Both the position numbers and the translations under genes were made by a program. 64,000 bases of DNA from Rhodopseudomonas sp. (GTDB taxonomy: Bacteria > Pseudomonadota > Alphaproteobacteria > Rhizobiales > Xanthobacteraceae), in NCBI RefSeq assembly GCF_013377015.1, contig NZ_JACABA010000006.1, forward strand, positions 127,985 through 191,984. The letters run 5' to 3'. The notes under the pieces were generated by a model. The model was not told where the DNA came from. It made no database searches and worked only from the letters and a program-made list of their open reading frames with translations. Shown one piece after another: positions 18,259 through 26,789 of this stretch. Position 1 is the stretch's first letter; every line of letters starts with the position of its first letter.

Positions 18259-19017
18259 TCATAGCGGCTTCTGATACTTCAGCACGAATTCGTCGATCGG
18301 GACCGGCGACCGAAACACCACGGCGTCCCTCGGGTCGTCGGGATGACGCAGGAAACCGGCTTCGCCAGCCAGCTTGAACCCGGCCGCTTCGATCTCCTGA
18401 CGCAGTGACGTTTCCTCGATCCGGTGCAGCGCCTTGCCGACCGTGATGCCGTCGCCGGGCCGTGCGGAATGATCGGCAATGACGAGAAAGCCTCCCGGCT
18501 TGAGCGCGGCGAACATCTTGCGGTTCATCGCGGCGCGATCGATCGGCATGTAGGTCGTGTCGTGATAGGCGAAGAAGAAGGTGATCAGGTCAAGCGCCTC
18601 GGTGCCGGGCGGAAGCGGATCGTCGTAGTCGCGGACGAGGCGCACCACGCTCTTCATCGCGGGCTTCTGCGCACGGATGTCAAACCTGTCCTTGACGATG
18701 CGCTCGATTACCGCGGCGGAATCCTGCGCATAAACGGCGCCGCTCGGGCCGACGGCGCGCGCCAGCAGTTCGGTGCTGTACCCAGCGCCGGCGCCCATAT
18801 CGAGCACCTTCATGCCGGGCTTGACGCCGGTGAACGTCAGCATGTTGACCGGCTGACGGCGCAGATCGATTTGCCGGTCCGCGTCGCTGCGATCTGGCTC
18901 GGCAACGATGGCTTGATAGTCCACTGCACCTTGCGCCATCGCCGATCCGGCGAGTATCGCCAGCACCGCGACCATTCCGGTCAAGATGGCGAAACCGGAA
19001 TTACTCGATCTGGTCAT
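18259..19017 (-). CDS. class I SAM-dependent methyltransferase with N-terminal signal/anchor sequence
   Basis: N-terminus FAILTGMVAVLAILAGSAMAQGA. SAM motif I VLDMGAGAGYSTELLA. Rossmann-type continuation GGFLVIADH. Confidence 0.8.
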   Translation of the reverse strand: MTRSSNSGFAILTGMVAVLAILAGSAMAQGAVDYQAIVAEPDRSDADRQIDLRRQPVNMLTFTGVKPGMKVLDMGAGAGYSTELLARAVGPSGAVYAQDSAAVIERIVKDRFDIRAQKPAMKSVVRLVRDYDDPLPPGTEALDLITFFFAYHDTTYMPIDRAAMNRKMFAALKPGGFLVIADHSARPGDGITVGKALHRIEETSLRQEIEAAGFKLAGEAGFLRHPDDPRDAVVFRSPVPIDEFVLKYQKPL

Positions 19018-19207
19018 TGTTCGATCCTCTCATTGCGGGCCCATTGGCAATATGGTGCCGCAAGCTCACGTCTCAATGACCCCGACCGCTTGGGTGCACT
19101 GCACCCTGTTGAGGCCGAATGGGCATTGAACTGGCTTGTGAAAATCCCGGATTGCATTTGGTTCGTCAGAACGGTTAGCATTCTCAACAGGCTCGGCAAA
19201 AGAGCCA

Positions 19208-20509
19208 ATGGGAAGAAACGAGCCGGGGAGAGCGAACGTGGTCGCACAGCCGACGCCAAAGGGCGCGTGGAGAATTACATTTCTCCTGTTTCTGTTCATG
19301 CTGGTGAATTTCGCCGACAAGATCGTGGTCGGTCTCGCCGGCGTGCCGATCATGACCGAACTCAAATTGGAGCCCGAGCAATTCGGCCTGCTGGGTTCGT
19401 CGTTCTTCTTCCTGTTCTCGATCACCGCAGTGATCGTCGGCTTCATCGTCAACCGGATCGAGACCCGCTGGGTGCTGCTGGCGCTGGCGGTGGTCTGGGC
19501 GGTGGCGCAGTTTCCGATGGTCGGCACCGTCAGCTTCACCACGCTGCTGATCTGCCGCATCATCCTCGGCGCCGGCGAGGGCCCGGCGTTTTCGGTGGCG
19601 GCACATGCGATCTACAAATGGTTTCCCGACCACAAGCGGACCTTGCCGACCGCGATCCTGTCGCAGGGCTCGGCGTTCGGTGTGATCCTCGCGGTGCCGG
19701 CGCTGAACTGGATCATCGTCAATCATTCCTGGCACTACGCGTTCGGCGCGCTCGGCGTCGTCGGGCTGCTGTGGGCGGCGGCCTGGCTGGCGATGGGCAA
19801 GGAAGGCCCGCTGGTACAGACCGTGGCGATGGCCGCGGCCGATCCCCGCGTTCCGTATCTCCAGCTGCTGACTTCGCGCACCTTCGTCGGCTGCGTCACC
19901 GCGACCTTCGGCGCCTATTGGGCGCTGTCGCTCGGCCTGACCTGGTTCACGCCGTTCATCATCAAGGGGCTTGGCTTCACCCAGAAGGAAGCCGGCTGGA
20001 TTTCGATCCTGCCCTGGGTGTTCGGCGCGACCGTGGTGCTGCTGACCGGCTGGATCTCGCAGGTGCTGATGGGGCGCGGCGTCTCGACCCGGCACGCCCG
20101 CGGCGTGCTCGGCGCCACGCCGCTGATCTTCGGCGGGCTGTTCCTGCTGGCGATGCCCTATGTCGACGGCGCCGGGTTGCGGATCGCGCTGCTGGTGGTC
20201 GGCTCCGGGCTGTGCGGATCGATCTATGTGGTGTGCCCGCCGATGCTGGCCGAATTCACCCCGGTGTCGCAGCGCGGCGCGGTGATCTCGATCTACGGCG
20301 CGCTCTACACGCTGGCCGGCATTGCCGCGCCGCTGGTGATGGGCAGCGTGATCCAGCACGCCGCGCTTCCGCTCGACGGCTACCTGACCGGCTTCACCAT
20401 CAACGCCACGATCATGATGGTCTCGGGATTGCTCGGCCTGGTGCTGCTGTGGCCGAACAGCGAGCGGGCACGGTTGCTCAGTCAGGCGCCGGAGCCGAAA
20501 TTCGCCTGA
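19208..20509 (+). CDS. MFS transporter (anion:cation symporter-like)
   Basis: 433 aa, about 12 TM helices. FLLFLFMLVNFADKIVVGLAGVPI and RIILGAGEGPAF motifs. Confidence 0.9.
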   Translation: MGRNEPGRANVVAQPTPKGAWRITFLLFLFMLVNFADKIVVGLAGVPIMTELKLEPEQFGLLGSSFFFLFSITAVIVGFIVNRIETRWVLLALAVVWAVAQFPMVGTVSFTTLLICRIILGAGEGPAFSVAAHAIYKWFPDHKRTLPTAILSQGSAFGVILAVPALNWIIVNHSWHYAFGALGVVGLLWAAAWLAMGKEGPLVQTVAMAAADPRVPYLQLLTSRTFVGCVTATFGAYWALSLGLTWFTPFIIKGLGFTQKEAGWISILPWVFGATVVLLTGWISQVLMGRGVSTRHARGVLGATPLIFGGLFLLAMPYVDGAGLRIALLVVGSGLCGSIYVVCPPMLAEFTPVSQRGAVISIYGALYTLAGIAAPLVMGSVIQHAALPLDGYLTGFTINATIMMVSGLLGLVLLWPNSERARLLSQAPEPKFA

Positions 20510-20613
20510 AGCCGTTTGTCGGGATCGATCCAGGGCGATCGCGCCGTCGCGCGATAGTCTGGTCCGCGACGCCGCAGAGGTTGCGGCGATTGCCGACCGC
20601 GGAATAGTCGACG

Positions 20614-21870
20614 ATGCGCGATCCACCGCCGATCCGAAGGCCGTTGCGGGTGTTGCTGTCGGAAGGCGGAAGTACATCGGCGCGCGAGGCGATCACCGTC
20701 CTCGGGCTGGCCGGGCATCACGTCGAGATCTGCGATCCGTCGCCATTTTGTCTCGGACGGTTCTCGCGCTTCGTCACCAAGTTCCATCGCTGTCCCGGGA
20801 TCGGCGCCGATCCGGCCGGCTATCTGGCCTTCATCGAACGATTGCTGCGCGAACACCGCTTCGACGTCGTGCTGCCGATCCACGAGCAGGGCTTGCTGTT
20901 TGCCAAGGTGCAAGGCCGGATGGCGCGCCGCGCCGGCATAGCGCTGCCGGAATTCGCGAACTACCGGATCGCGCTCGACAAGGTCAGGTTCAGCCGGTTG
21001 CTCGACGAACTGGGACTGCCGCAACCGCGCACCCGGATCGTCGACTCGGCGCAGGCATTGCGCGACGCGGTCGAATTTCCCTGCGTGGTCAAGAGCGCGA
21101 TTGGCACCGCCAGCCGTGGCGTTTGGTTGCTGCGCGATGCCACCGGATTGAATGAAGCGGTGCGGGAACTGACCGACGCAGATGCCTTCGCCGAGGAGGT
21201 GTTGGTGCAGGAGTTCGTCGAAGGCGCGGTTGAACATGCGCAGGCGGTGCTCGCTCACGGCCAACTACTCGGCCTGCATGGCTATCGGCAGATCGCAGCT
21301 GGCGCCGGCGGCGGCGACGCCATCAAGCAGAGCGTGCAGCGGGCGGACGTGCGCGCGCACATTGCGGCGATCGGCGCGCGGCTGTGCTGGCACGGCGGGC
21401 TGTCGTTCGACTACATCCAACCCGACGACGGCGCGCCGCCGCTCTATATCGATTGCAATCCGCGGCTGGTCGAGCCGATGAGCGCGACTCTCGCCGGCAT
21501 CGATCTGATGGATCTACTGTTGCGGGTATCGCTCCGTGAAACCGAATTGGTGGCGGCGGACGGCCGCGCCGGGGTGCGCAGCCATCTCGCGATGCAGGCG
21601 CTGCTCGGCTGCGCGCTACGCGGCGGTAGCAGGCGCGCATTGCTGCAGGAGTGTTTCAGCCTGACATCGCGCCGCGGTCCTTACGCCGGAAGCGTCGAGG
21701 AATTGACTCCGGCGCGGCTGGACTGGATCAGTGCGGTACCGCTCATAGTCACCGCAGCGATGCTACTGGCGGCGCCAAGGGTGGCACCAAGGCTGGCGCG
21801 CAAGGGCTGGGGCGATCATCTGCTGTCACCGCGCAGCATCCGGACGATCGAGCAGGACGACTTTGGCTGA
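20614..21870 (+). CDS. ATP-grasp domain protein (unknown substrate)
   Basis: 418 aa. The FPCVVKSAIGTASRGVWLL ... EEVLVQEFVEG ... LSFDYI ... YIDCNPRLVEP pattern matches an ATP-grasp fold. Confidence 0.75.
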   Translation: MRDPPPIRRPLRVLLSEGGSTSAREAITVLGLAGHHVEICDPSPFCLGRFSRFVTKFHRCPGIGADPAGYLAFIERLLREHRFDVVLPIHEQGLLFAKVQGRMARRAGIALPEFANYRIALDKVRFSRLLDELGLPQPRTRIVDSAQALRDAVEFPCVVKSAIGTASRGVWLLRDATGLNEAVRELTDADAFAEEVLVQEFVEGAVEHAQAVLAHGQLLGLHGYRQIAAGAGGGDAIKQSVQRADVRAHIAAIGARLCWHGGLSFDYIQPDDGAPPLYIDCNPRLVEPMSATLAGIDLMDLLLRVSLRETELVAADGRAGVRSHLAMQALLGCALRGGSRRALLQECFSLTSRRGPYAGSVEELTPARLDWISAVPLIVTAAMLLAAPRVAPRLARKGWGDHLLSPRSIRTIEQDDFG

Positions 21871-21876
21871 TGCGAT

Positions 21877-22044
21877 TTACAGATCGCGCTGTTCGTCGTC
21901 GCGGTCGCGCTCAGGCGCAGCGATGTCGCCGGTTTCGTAGAGGTCGTCGTCGAGTGGTTTCGGCGGCGTTGTCTTGGTCTTGCTGGCATCGTCCTTGACC
22001 CGGGCGGCTTTCTTCGTCTTGCTCTTCTTCTTGATTCCAGTCAT
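21877..22044 (-). CDS. small Lys-rich/acidic-tail protein (hypothetical)
   Basis: Internal ATG at 22044 of ORF 21877..22080. 55 aa: MTGIKKKSKTKKAARVKDDASKTKTTPPKPLDDDLYETGDIAAPERDRDDEQRDL. Low complexity, so the coding call is tentative. Confidence 0.4.
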   Translation of the reverse strand: MTGIKKKSKTKKAARVKDDASKTKTTPPKPLDDDLYETGDIAAPERDRDDEQRDL

Positions 22045-22116
22045 GAGGCTTCGTCCTATTCTGGCCGGATCAATGCGCAAGACGCCTGCGCGCCGCGTGA
22101 ATCCGACGTCGATTTG

Positions 22117-22142
22117 ACCTCAATCTAACCTCAATCTAACCT
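22117..22142. repeat. tandem 11-bp direct repeat (ACCTCAATCTA x2.4)
   Basis: Identical units at 22117-22127 and 22128-22138, plus partial ACCT. Lies in the AT-richer divergent region between the small genes at 22044 (-) and 22257 (+). Confidence 0.7.
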
Positions 22143-22256
22143 TCATTGGCGTGCATATTAACCCCTTGCCCCGCAATCTTCCCTGCATTTTCGATTTGAT
22201 CGGTGTAAAGGGAAACCACGCTCACGAGTTGGTTCTCGTGGCGCCACGGAGAGACA

Positions 22257-22499
22257 ATGAAAAAGCCGAAGCTTGAACTCGACGAACCGCAGCCGAAGAA
22301 AATCGTTCGTGCCGACAAGGCGCCGACCGAGGGCTACTCGCTGGTCGTCGATGGTCATTTCAAGTCGCACCACGACACGGTCGAGGCCGCCGAAGAGGCC
22401 GGCATGGCACTGAAGAACAAGTATCCGATGCTGCAGGTGCAGGTGTACGACGCGGTGACCAAGACCCGCTCGATGATCGAGTGGCCGGCGCCGGTCTGA
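22257..22499 (+). CDS. small conserved-looking hypothetical protein
   Basis: 80 aa. GGAGAGA-type RBS 5 nt upstream of the ATG. Non-low-complexity core: GYSLVVDGHFKSHHDTVEAAEEAGMALKNKYPMLQVQVYD. Confidence 0.6.
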   Translation: MKKPKLELDEPQPKKIVRADKAPTEGYSLVVDGHFKSHHDTVEAAEEAGMALKNKYPMLQVQVYDAVTKTRSMIEWPAPV

Positions 22500-22624
22500 C
22501 CTCGCACCGGCCTGCCCTGGCGCCTATCTGCAGGCGCGATCCGTTCAGCTGACCTTTCGTGTCATCATGCCCACAACGCGATGCTGCGGTTTTGCAGCAC
22601 GCCTTGCCACGCCGACGGCTGGCG

Positions 22625-22912
22625 TCAGGTCCTGCGGCCGCCGCTTTGTTGACCGGCCAGCCAATCCGACAGCACCGGGGTCGCTTTCTTCTCGGGTTTC
22701 GTGCCGGGCTTGGCCCGCGCCTTCTTGACCGGGGCGGTGCGCGGCGGTTCCGCAGCTTCGCGGGCGAGCCGCAGCGCCTTCAGCTTGGCCATGTTGTCGA
22801 GCACGGCCTTGGTCGATGCGTCGCGGTCGTTCTTGCCGGCCTTGGCTTCCTGTGAGGCCCGGGCCGCCTTGCTGAAACGCGCCTCGGCGCGGTCGCGGTC
22901 TTCTTTTGTCAT
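22625..22912 (-). CDS. small Lys/Ala/Glu-rich protein, paralog B
   Basis: ATG at 22912 inside ORF 22625..23191. 95 aa beginning MTKEDRDRAEARF... Shares ASQEAKAG and KLKALRLAREAAE blocks with the upstream gene. ATGA overlap with it. Confidence 0.5.
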   Translation of the reverse strand: MTKEDRDRAEARFSKAARASQEAKAGKNDRDASTKAVLDNMAKLKALRLAREAAEPPRTAPVKKARAKPGTKPEKKATPVLSDWLAGQQSGGRRT

Positions 22913-23139
22913 GTCGTCGTTTTCTTCTTCTTGGTCTTGGGAGGGGGTGCAACCGGCTGATCGAGCTCGGCGGCCTCTTTCGCCAGCCGGATCGCGCGCA
23001 GATTCTCCGTGCGCTTGCGAATCGCGACATCCGCCGCGGCGATGTCGGCCATCGCCTTGATGCCCTCGGCTTCCTGGGCAGCCTTGCGATTCAGCCGAAT
23101 CTCTTTCAGTTCGGCAGCCGATTTCGGTTCGGTGTCCAT
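22909..23139 (-). CDS. small Lys/Ala/Glu-rich protein, paralog A
   Basis: 76 aa containing AAQEAEG and ENLRAIRLAKEAAE, followed by a Pro-rich then poly-Lys tail. Confidence 0.5.
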   Translation of the reverse strand: MDTEPKSAAELKEIRLNRKAAQEAEGIKAMADIAAADVAIRKRTENLRAIRLAKEAAELDQPVAPPPKTKKKKTTT

Positions 23140-23308
23140 GGATCCTCGAATGATGATGGGCGGATGACGACGAGGTCGTTATGTCTCCCATAGCACAAAT
23201 CGGCGCCCGCCGCAGCTTTTTGCCCGCTTTCGGGGCGAAAGGCGCGGCGGACGCCGATTCGGGCGTCGAAGGGGTAAACAGCGCCCCGCGATCGCGACGG
23301 AATGTCGT

Positions 23309-25420
23309 TCAGAACGTCATTCCGGCCTTCACCATGTAGGTTCTGCCCGGCAGCGGATAGGCATTGAAGCGGCCGAGCGTGGCGGCGCTGGCGATCGCGT
23401 AATCGTAATACAGCGCGTTGAAGGCATTGTTCACGCTGAGCGACCAGAAGAAATGCTGATACTCGCCGCTCAGCTTCAGGTCGACGGTGGCGTTGGCCGG
23501 AATCTCGGGCTGGACGTTGCGCTGGTCGTTGTCCATCCGGCGGCGGCTCCAGAACCGCGCGGTGGCGTCGAACACCACGTATTTCTCCCAGACGTTCCAG
23601 CTCACGCCGGCGTTCGCCGTATAGCGCGACACCAGCGGGACGTCGTTGCCCTCGAACGGCCCGTCGCGGAACACCGCGCGCGTATAGGCGCCGCCGGCGC
23701 GCAGCAGCACATTGTCGCTGGCACGGAACGAGGCGCTGGTTTCGCTGCCGTAGCGGCGGGTCGGATCCAGATTGTAGTTGAAGAAGTTCACCGGGTCGAA
23801 ATGGATCTCGTTGGTGAGGTTCATGTTGTAGATGCTGGACTGCAGCTCGAACGCCCCGGCCTTGAAGCGAAAGCCGCCTTCGACGTCAGTCGATGTCTGG
23901 GTCTTCAGTGCGAAGGTCTGCGGAATCGCTGTGAAGAACGGCGCCGGCGCGTAGGCCGGGCCGGTGACGACGCGTTCGTCGACATTCGGGGTGCGGAACG
24001 CCTGCGCGGCGCGGGTGAACACCGTGAAGCTGTCGTTGAAGCGATGTTCGAGCCCGACATGCAGCGCGTGGTTGGTCTGCTCGGTGTCGAGCGGCGTCGC
24101 CTCGGCGCCGAGCGAGCCGAACGGCGCCAGCGGGTCATAGCGATCGCGCGCGCCGAGTTTCATCTGCTGCAGCCGGCCGCCATAGGAGAAGTCGGTGCTG
24201 GGCGCCAGCGCCACGGTCTGCTGCCAGTAACCCGCCAGTGTCCGCTGGGTCAGGTTGTAGACGTGATTGGGCGGATCATTGGCGAGCTGGCTGCGGCTCG
24301 AGGCATAGGTCGAATCGTAATAATCGACACCGGTGATCACCCGGGACGGCAGCCCGAACATCACGTTCTTGATGTTGAGCCGCGGCGTCAGCGACCAGGT
24401 CTGTAGCGTCGAGTCGACATAGGTCCGCGACGGGAACGGATCGGTCGGGTTGCCGAAGAAGGCGGATTGCTGATCCTTGTTGCGCACGCCGCCGTCGACG
24501 ATCAGTTCGGCGCCGTCCCACAGCGACTTGGTGAAGCCGGCGGTGACGCCCGCGCCCTGCTTGTTGGCGAAATCGAACGGCGTGTCGGCGCCGCGGCGGT
24601 CGCTGACCAGTTCGTTGAGGCCGTTCGGAAACACCCGCCGGACGCCCGGCAATCCGAGTTCCTGACGGTCGCCGGACAGGTTCACGAAGGCGGAGAAATC
24701 CGGCGTGCTGTAGCGCAGTTCGCCGACCGCATTGTTCTGGTCGAGCGCGTTGTTGACCCGGTAGCCGTCGGAGCGGATGCCGTTGGCGTAGACAGAGCTC
24801 GACCACGGGCCGGAATTGAACGCCGCCGACACCGCCGCGGTGCGCTGGTTGAACGAGCCGATGCCGGCTTCGCCGCGGAACGTCGCCGGCGGCCCGCCAG
24901 CGCCGGTCTTGGTGACGATGTTGACGACGCCGCCGACGGCGTTGTCGCCGTACAGGACGGCGCCGCTGTTGCCCTTGGTGATTTCGATGCGCTCGATCGA
25001 GTCGCGCGGAATGGCGGCGAGGTCGACGCCCTGCAGATCAAGATCGTTGAGCCTTCGGCCGTTGATCAGAAACAGCGTATTGGGGGTGGCGAAGGCGCCG
25101 AAGCCGCGCAAATCGACCGAGGTTCTGGCGCCGTCGACGCCGCCGAACAGCGACTGCAGCTGCACGCCGGGGACCTGTGCGAGGATGTCTGGCAACGACT
25201 GCGCCGGCGAATGCGCGATGTCCTCGGCGGTGATCACCGAGGTCGAGGCGCCGACGATGCCGTCGAACAGCCGGCTGGCGGTGACATTGATGGTTGGCAG
25301 CGTGCCGGCCTGCTGCGCCTGCGCAGCGCAGGGTGGCAGGATCGAGATCAGAACAGTGGAGGCGAGCAGGGCGCGCGCCATCGCGGATTGCCGCTGTGCG
25401 GCACGGGGACGGATCGGCAT
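23309..25420 (-). CDS. TonB-dependent outer-membrane receptor (BtuB-like, cobalamin/corrinoid inferred from the riboswitch)
   Basis: 703 aa with signal peptide. Plug motifs (SVITAEDI, DILAQVPGVQL, RGFG, LINGRRLND, IEITKGNSGAVLYG). C-terminal ...VKAGMTF. Preceded by a cobalamin riboswitch. Confidence 0.9.
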   Translation of the reverse strand: MPIRPRAAQRQSAMARALLASTVLISILPPCAAQAQQAGTLPTINVTASRLFDGIVGASTSVITAEDIAHSPAQSLPDILAQVPGVQLQSLFGGVDGARTSVDLRGFGAFATPNTLFLINGRRLNDLDLQGVDLAAIPRDSIERIEITKGNSGAVLYGDNAVGGVVNIVTKTGAGGPPATFRGEAGIGSFNQRTAAVSAAFNSGPWSSSVYANGIRSDGYRVNNALDQNNAVGELRYSTPDFSAFVNLSGDRQELGLPGVRRVFPNGLNELVSDRRGADTPFDFANKQGAGVTAGFTKSLWDGAELIVDGGVRNKDQQSAFFGNPTDPFPSRTYVDSTLQTWSLTPRLNIKNVMFGLPSRVITGVDYYDSTYASSRSQLANDPPNHVYNLTQRTLAGYWQQTVALAPSTDFSYGGRLQQMKLGARDRYDPLAPFGSLGAEATPLDTEQTNHALHVGLEHRFNDSFTVFTRAAQAFRTPNVDERVVTGPAYAPAPFFTAIPQTFALKTQTSTDVEGGFRFKAGAFELQSSIYNMNLTNEIHFDPVNFFNYNLDPTRRYGSETSASFRASDNVLLRAGGAYTRAVFRDGPFEGNDVPLVSRYTANAGVSWNVWEKYVVFDATARFWSRRRMDNDQRNVQPEIPANATVDLKLSGEYQHFFWSLSVNNAFNALYYDYAIASAATLGRFNAYPLPGRTYMVKAGMTF

Positions 25421-25546
25421 GGGTTCAACCTCGGCTTGACGTCAGTGGCACGTCACAGCGAACGAAGTTTCACCTCTGCGCTCGCGCGCTCCGATGAAGC
25501 TAATGTCTGCAATCCCCGACCGACATCTTCGCGTGTGACCACGAAT

Positions 25547-25729
25547 GACGGCAGGTCTCCTGGCTCGCGGGTCGTTGTTTCTTTCGTCGCCTTCCCAGGA
25601 CCGAGTTTCCCAGTGGCATAAGACGAAAGACTCACCGCTTACAGTTGCGGGAACAGCCGCGGCATTGGAACCGCCCCAACTGGAGCACTCCCGCACCGCA
25701 TTCCCTTTTCATCCCCGAGGGGAACCGTC
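25547..25729 (-). promoter_or_regulatory. cobalamin (B12) riboswitch aptamer in the 5' leader of the TonB-dependent receptor
   Basis: The minus strand reads GACGGTTCC...AAAAGGGAATGCGGTG...GCTGTTCCCGCAACTGTAA...GCCACTGGGAAAC...GGGAAGGC...GAGCCAGGAGACCTGCCGTC. This covers the conserved core, the B12 box and P1 closing (GACGG/CCGTC). The expression platform continues to the ATG at 25420. Confidence 0.85.
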
Positions 25730-25917
25730 GCGATGATCTAGGAGCCTGACGTCCGGCGTGTCAATTCATCGTTGTGACGGCTGACTTTGCCGCCGCGCCG
25801 TGGGTTGAGAATTTCCCAGGATGTGGCTTGCGCGTAACAGCGCGGGCTATAAGAGCATCGGTGGGAGCAGGACAGTGCTCCGATGGGGACGGGCAATTGG
25901 CCGATAGTGAGCACGGC

Positions 25918-26778
25918 ATGATGATCGCCGGGAGCACGGCGTTGCGCGCGCTGCTGATCGCGGCGCTGCTGCTGGCCGGCATGGTGGTGTCCCCACTGCG
26001 GGCGTCCGGCCTGCCGCGGATCGCCTCGATCAATGTCTGCACCGATCAGCTGCTGATCAGGCTCGCCGATCCGGAGCAAATTCTCGGCCTCAGCCGCTAT
26101 GCGAGCGACGCCTCGCAATCGTCGATCGCCGAGCAGGTCAGCCGCTACAGGGCGCTGTCCGGCGGCGCCGAGGACGTGCTGGTGCTGCAGCCGGACGTCG
26201 TGGTGGCCGGCCGCTACGATCGCCGCGCCACCCGCGAATTGCTGCAACAGAACGGTGTTCACGTCGCCGAATTCGATGTCGTGCCAACTTCACTCGCCGA
26301 AGTCCGGGATCAGATCCGGCAGATGGGCGAGATCACGCAGCACCCTGATCGCGCCAGCGCCGAGATCGCCCGGCTCGATGCCGCGATCGCGCGGGCGCAT
26401 GCGGCGATGGCGCACAAACCCTATCGGGTGTTGCCGCTGTGGCGGCGCGGCTGGGTGTCCGGCAGCGGCAGCCTGATCGGGCTGTTGTTCGCCGAAGCCG
26501 GCCTCGCCAATGCCGCCAGTGAATTCGGCGTGACGCTCGGCGGCTTTGTGCCGTTGGAGGCGATCGTCAGTCTCAAGCCCGATCTGCTGCTGGTCTCTGA
26601 AGCCGGCGACTTCGCCGAAGATGGCGGCCGTGCCTTTCTGCTGCACCCGGCGCTGCAACGATTCTATCCGCCGTCGAAGCGCATCGTGTTGCCGGAGCGT
26701 CTGACGGTGTGCGGCGGCGGCTCGCTGGCGGAAGCGTTTGACCTGCTGATCGCCGAACTCGAACGCATCGAACGATAG
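25918..26778 (+). CDS. periplasmic binding protein, Fe-siderophore/cobalamin class (BtuF-like), orphan
   Basis: ORF 25774..26778. ATG at 25918 gives signal peptide MMIAGSTALRALLIAALLLAG. RIASINVCTDQLL and LKPDLLLVSE motifs match the class III SBP family. Confidence 0.75.
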   Translation: MMIAGSTALRALLIAALLLAGMVVSPLRASGLPRIASINVCTDQLLIRLADPEQILGLSRYASDASQSSIAEQVSRYRALSGGAEDVLVLQPDVVVAGRYDRRATRELLQQNGVHVAEFDVVPTSLAEVRDQIRQMGEITQHPDRASAEIARLDAAIARAHAAMAHKPYRVLPLWRRGWVSGSGSLIGLLFAEAGLANAASEFGVTLGGFVPLEAIVSLKPDLLLVSEAGDFAEDGGRAFLLHPALQRFYPPSKRIVLPERLTVCGGGSLAEAFDLLIAELERIER

Positions 26779-26789
26779 GAACCGCGACG

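Noticed and set aside
22520-22598. Small hairpins (GCGCCT-ATCTGC-AGGCGC; GCTGC-GGTTTT-GCAGC) between convergent small genes, as possible terminators.
   Set aside because: The stems are only 5-6 bp and lack clear U-tracts. That is too weak to call.
25741-25917. Possible second cobalamin riboswitch in the leader of the divergent BtuF-like gene.
   Set aside because: No B12 box, GCCACTG or GGGAAGGC core elements occur on the plus strand. Only the minus-strand leader of the TonB receptor carries the full motif set.
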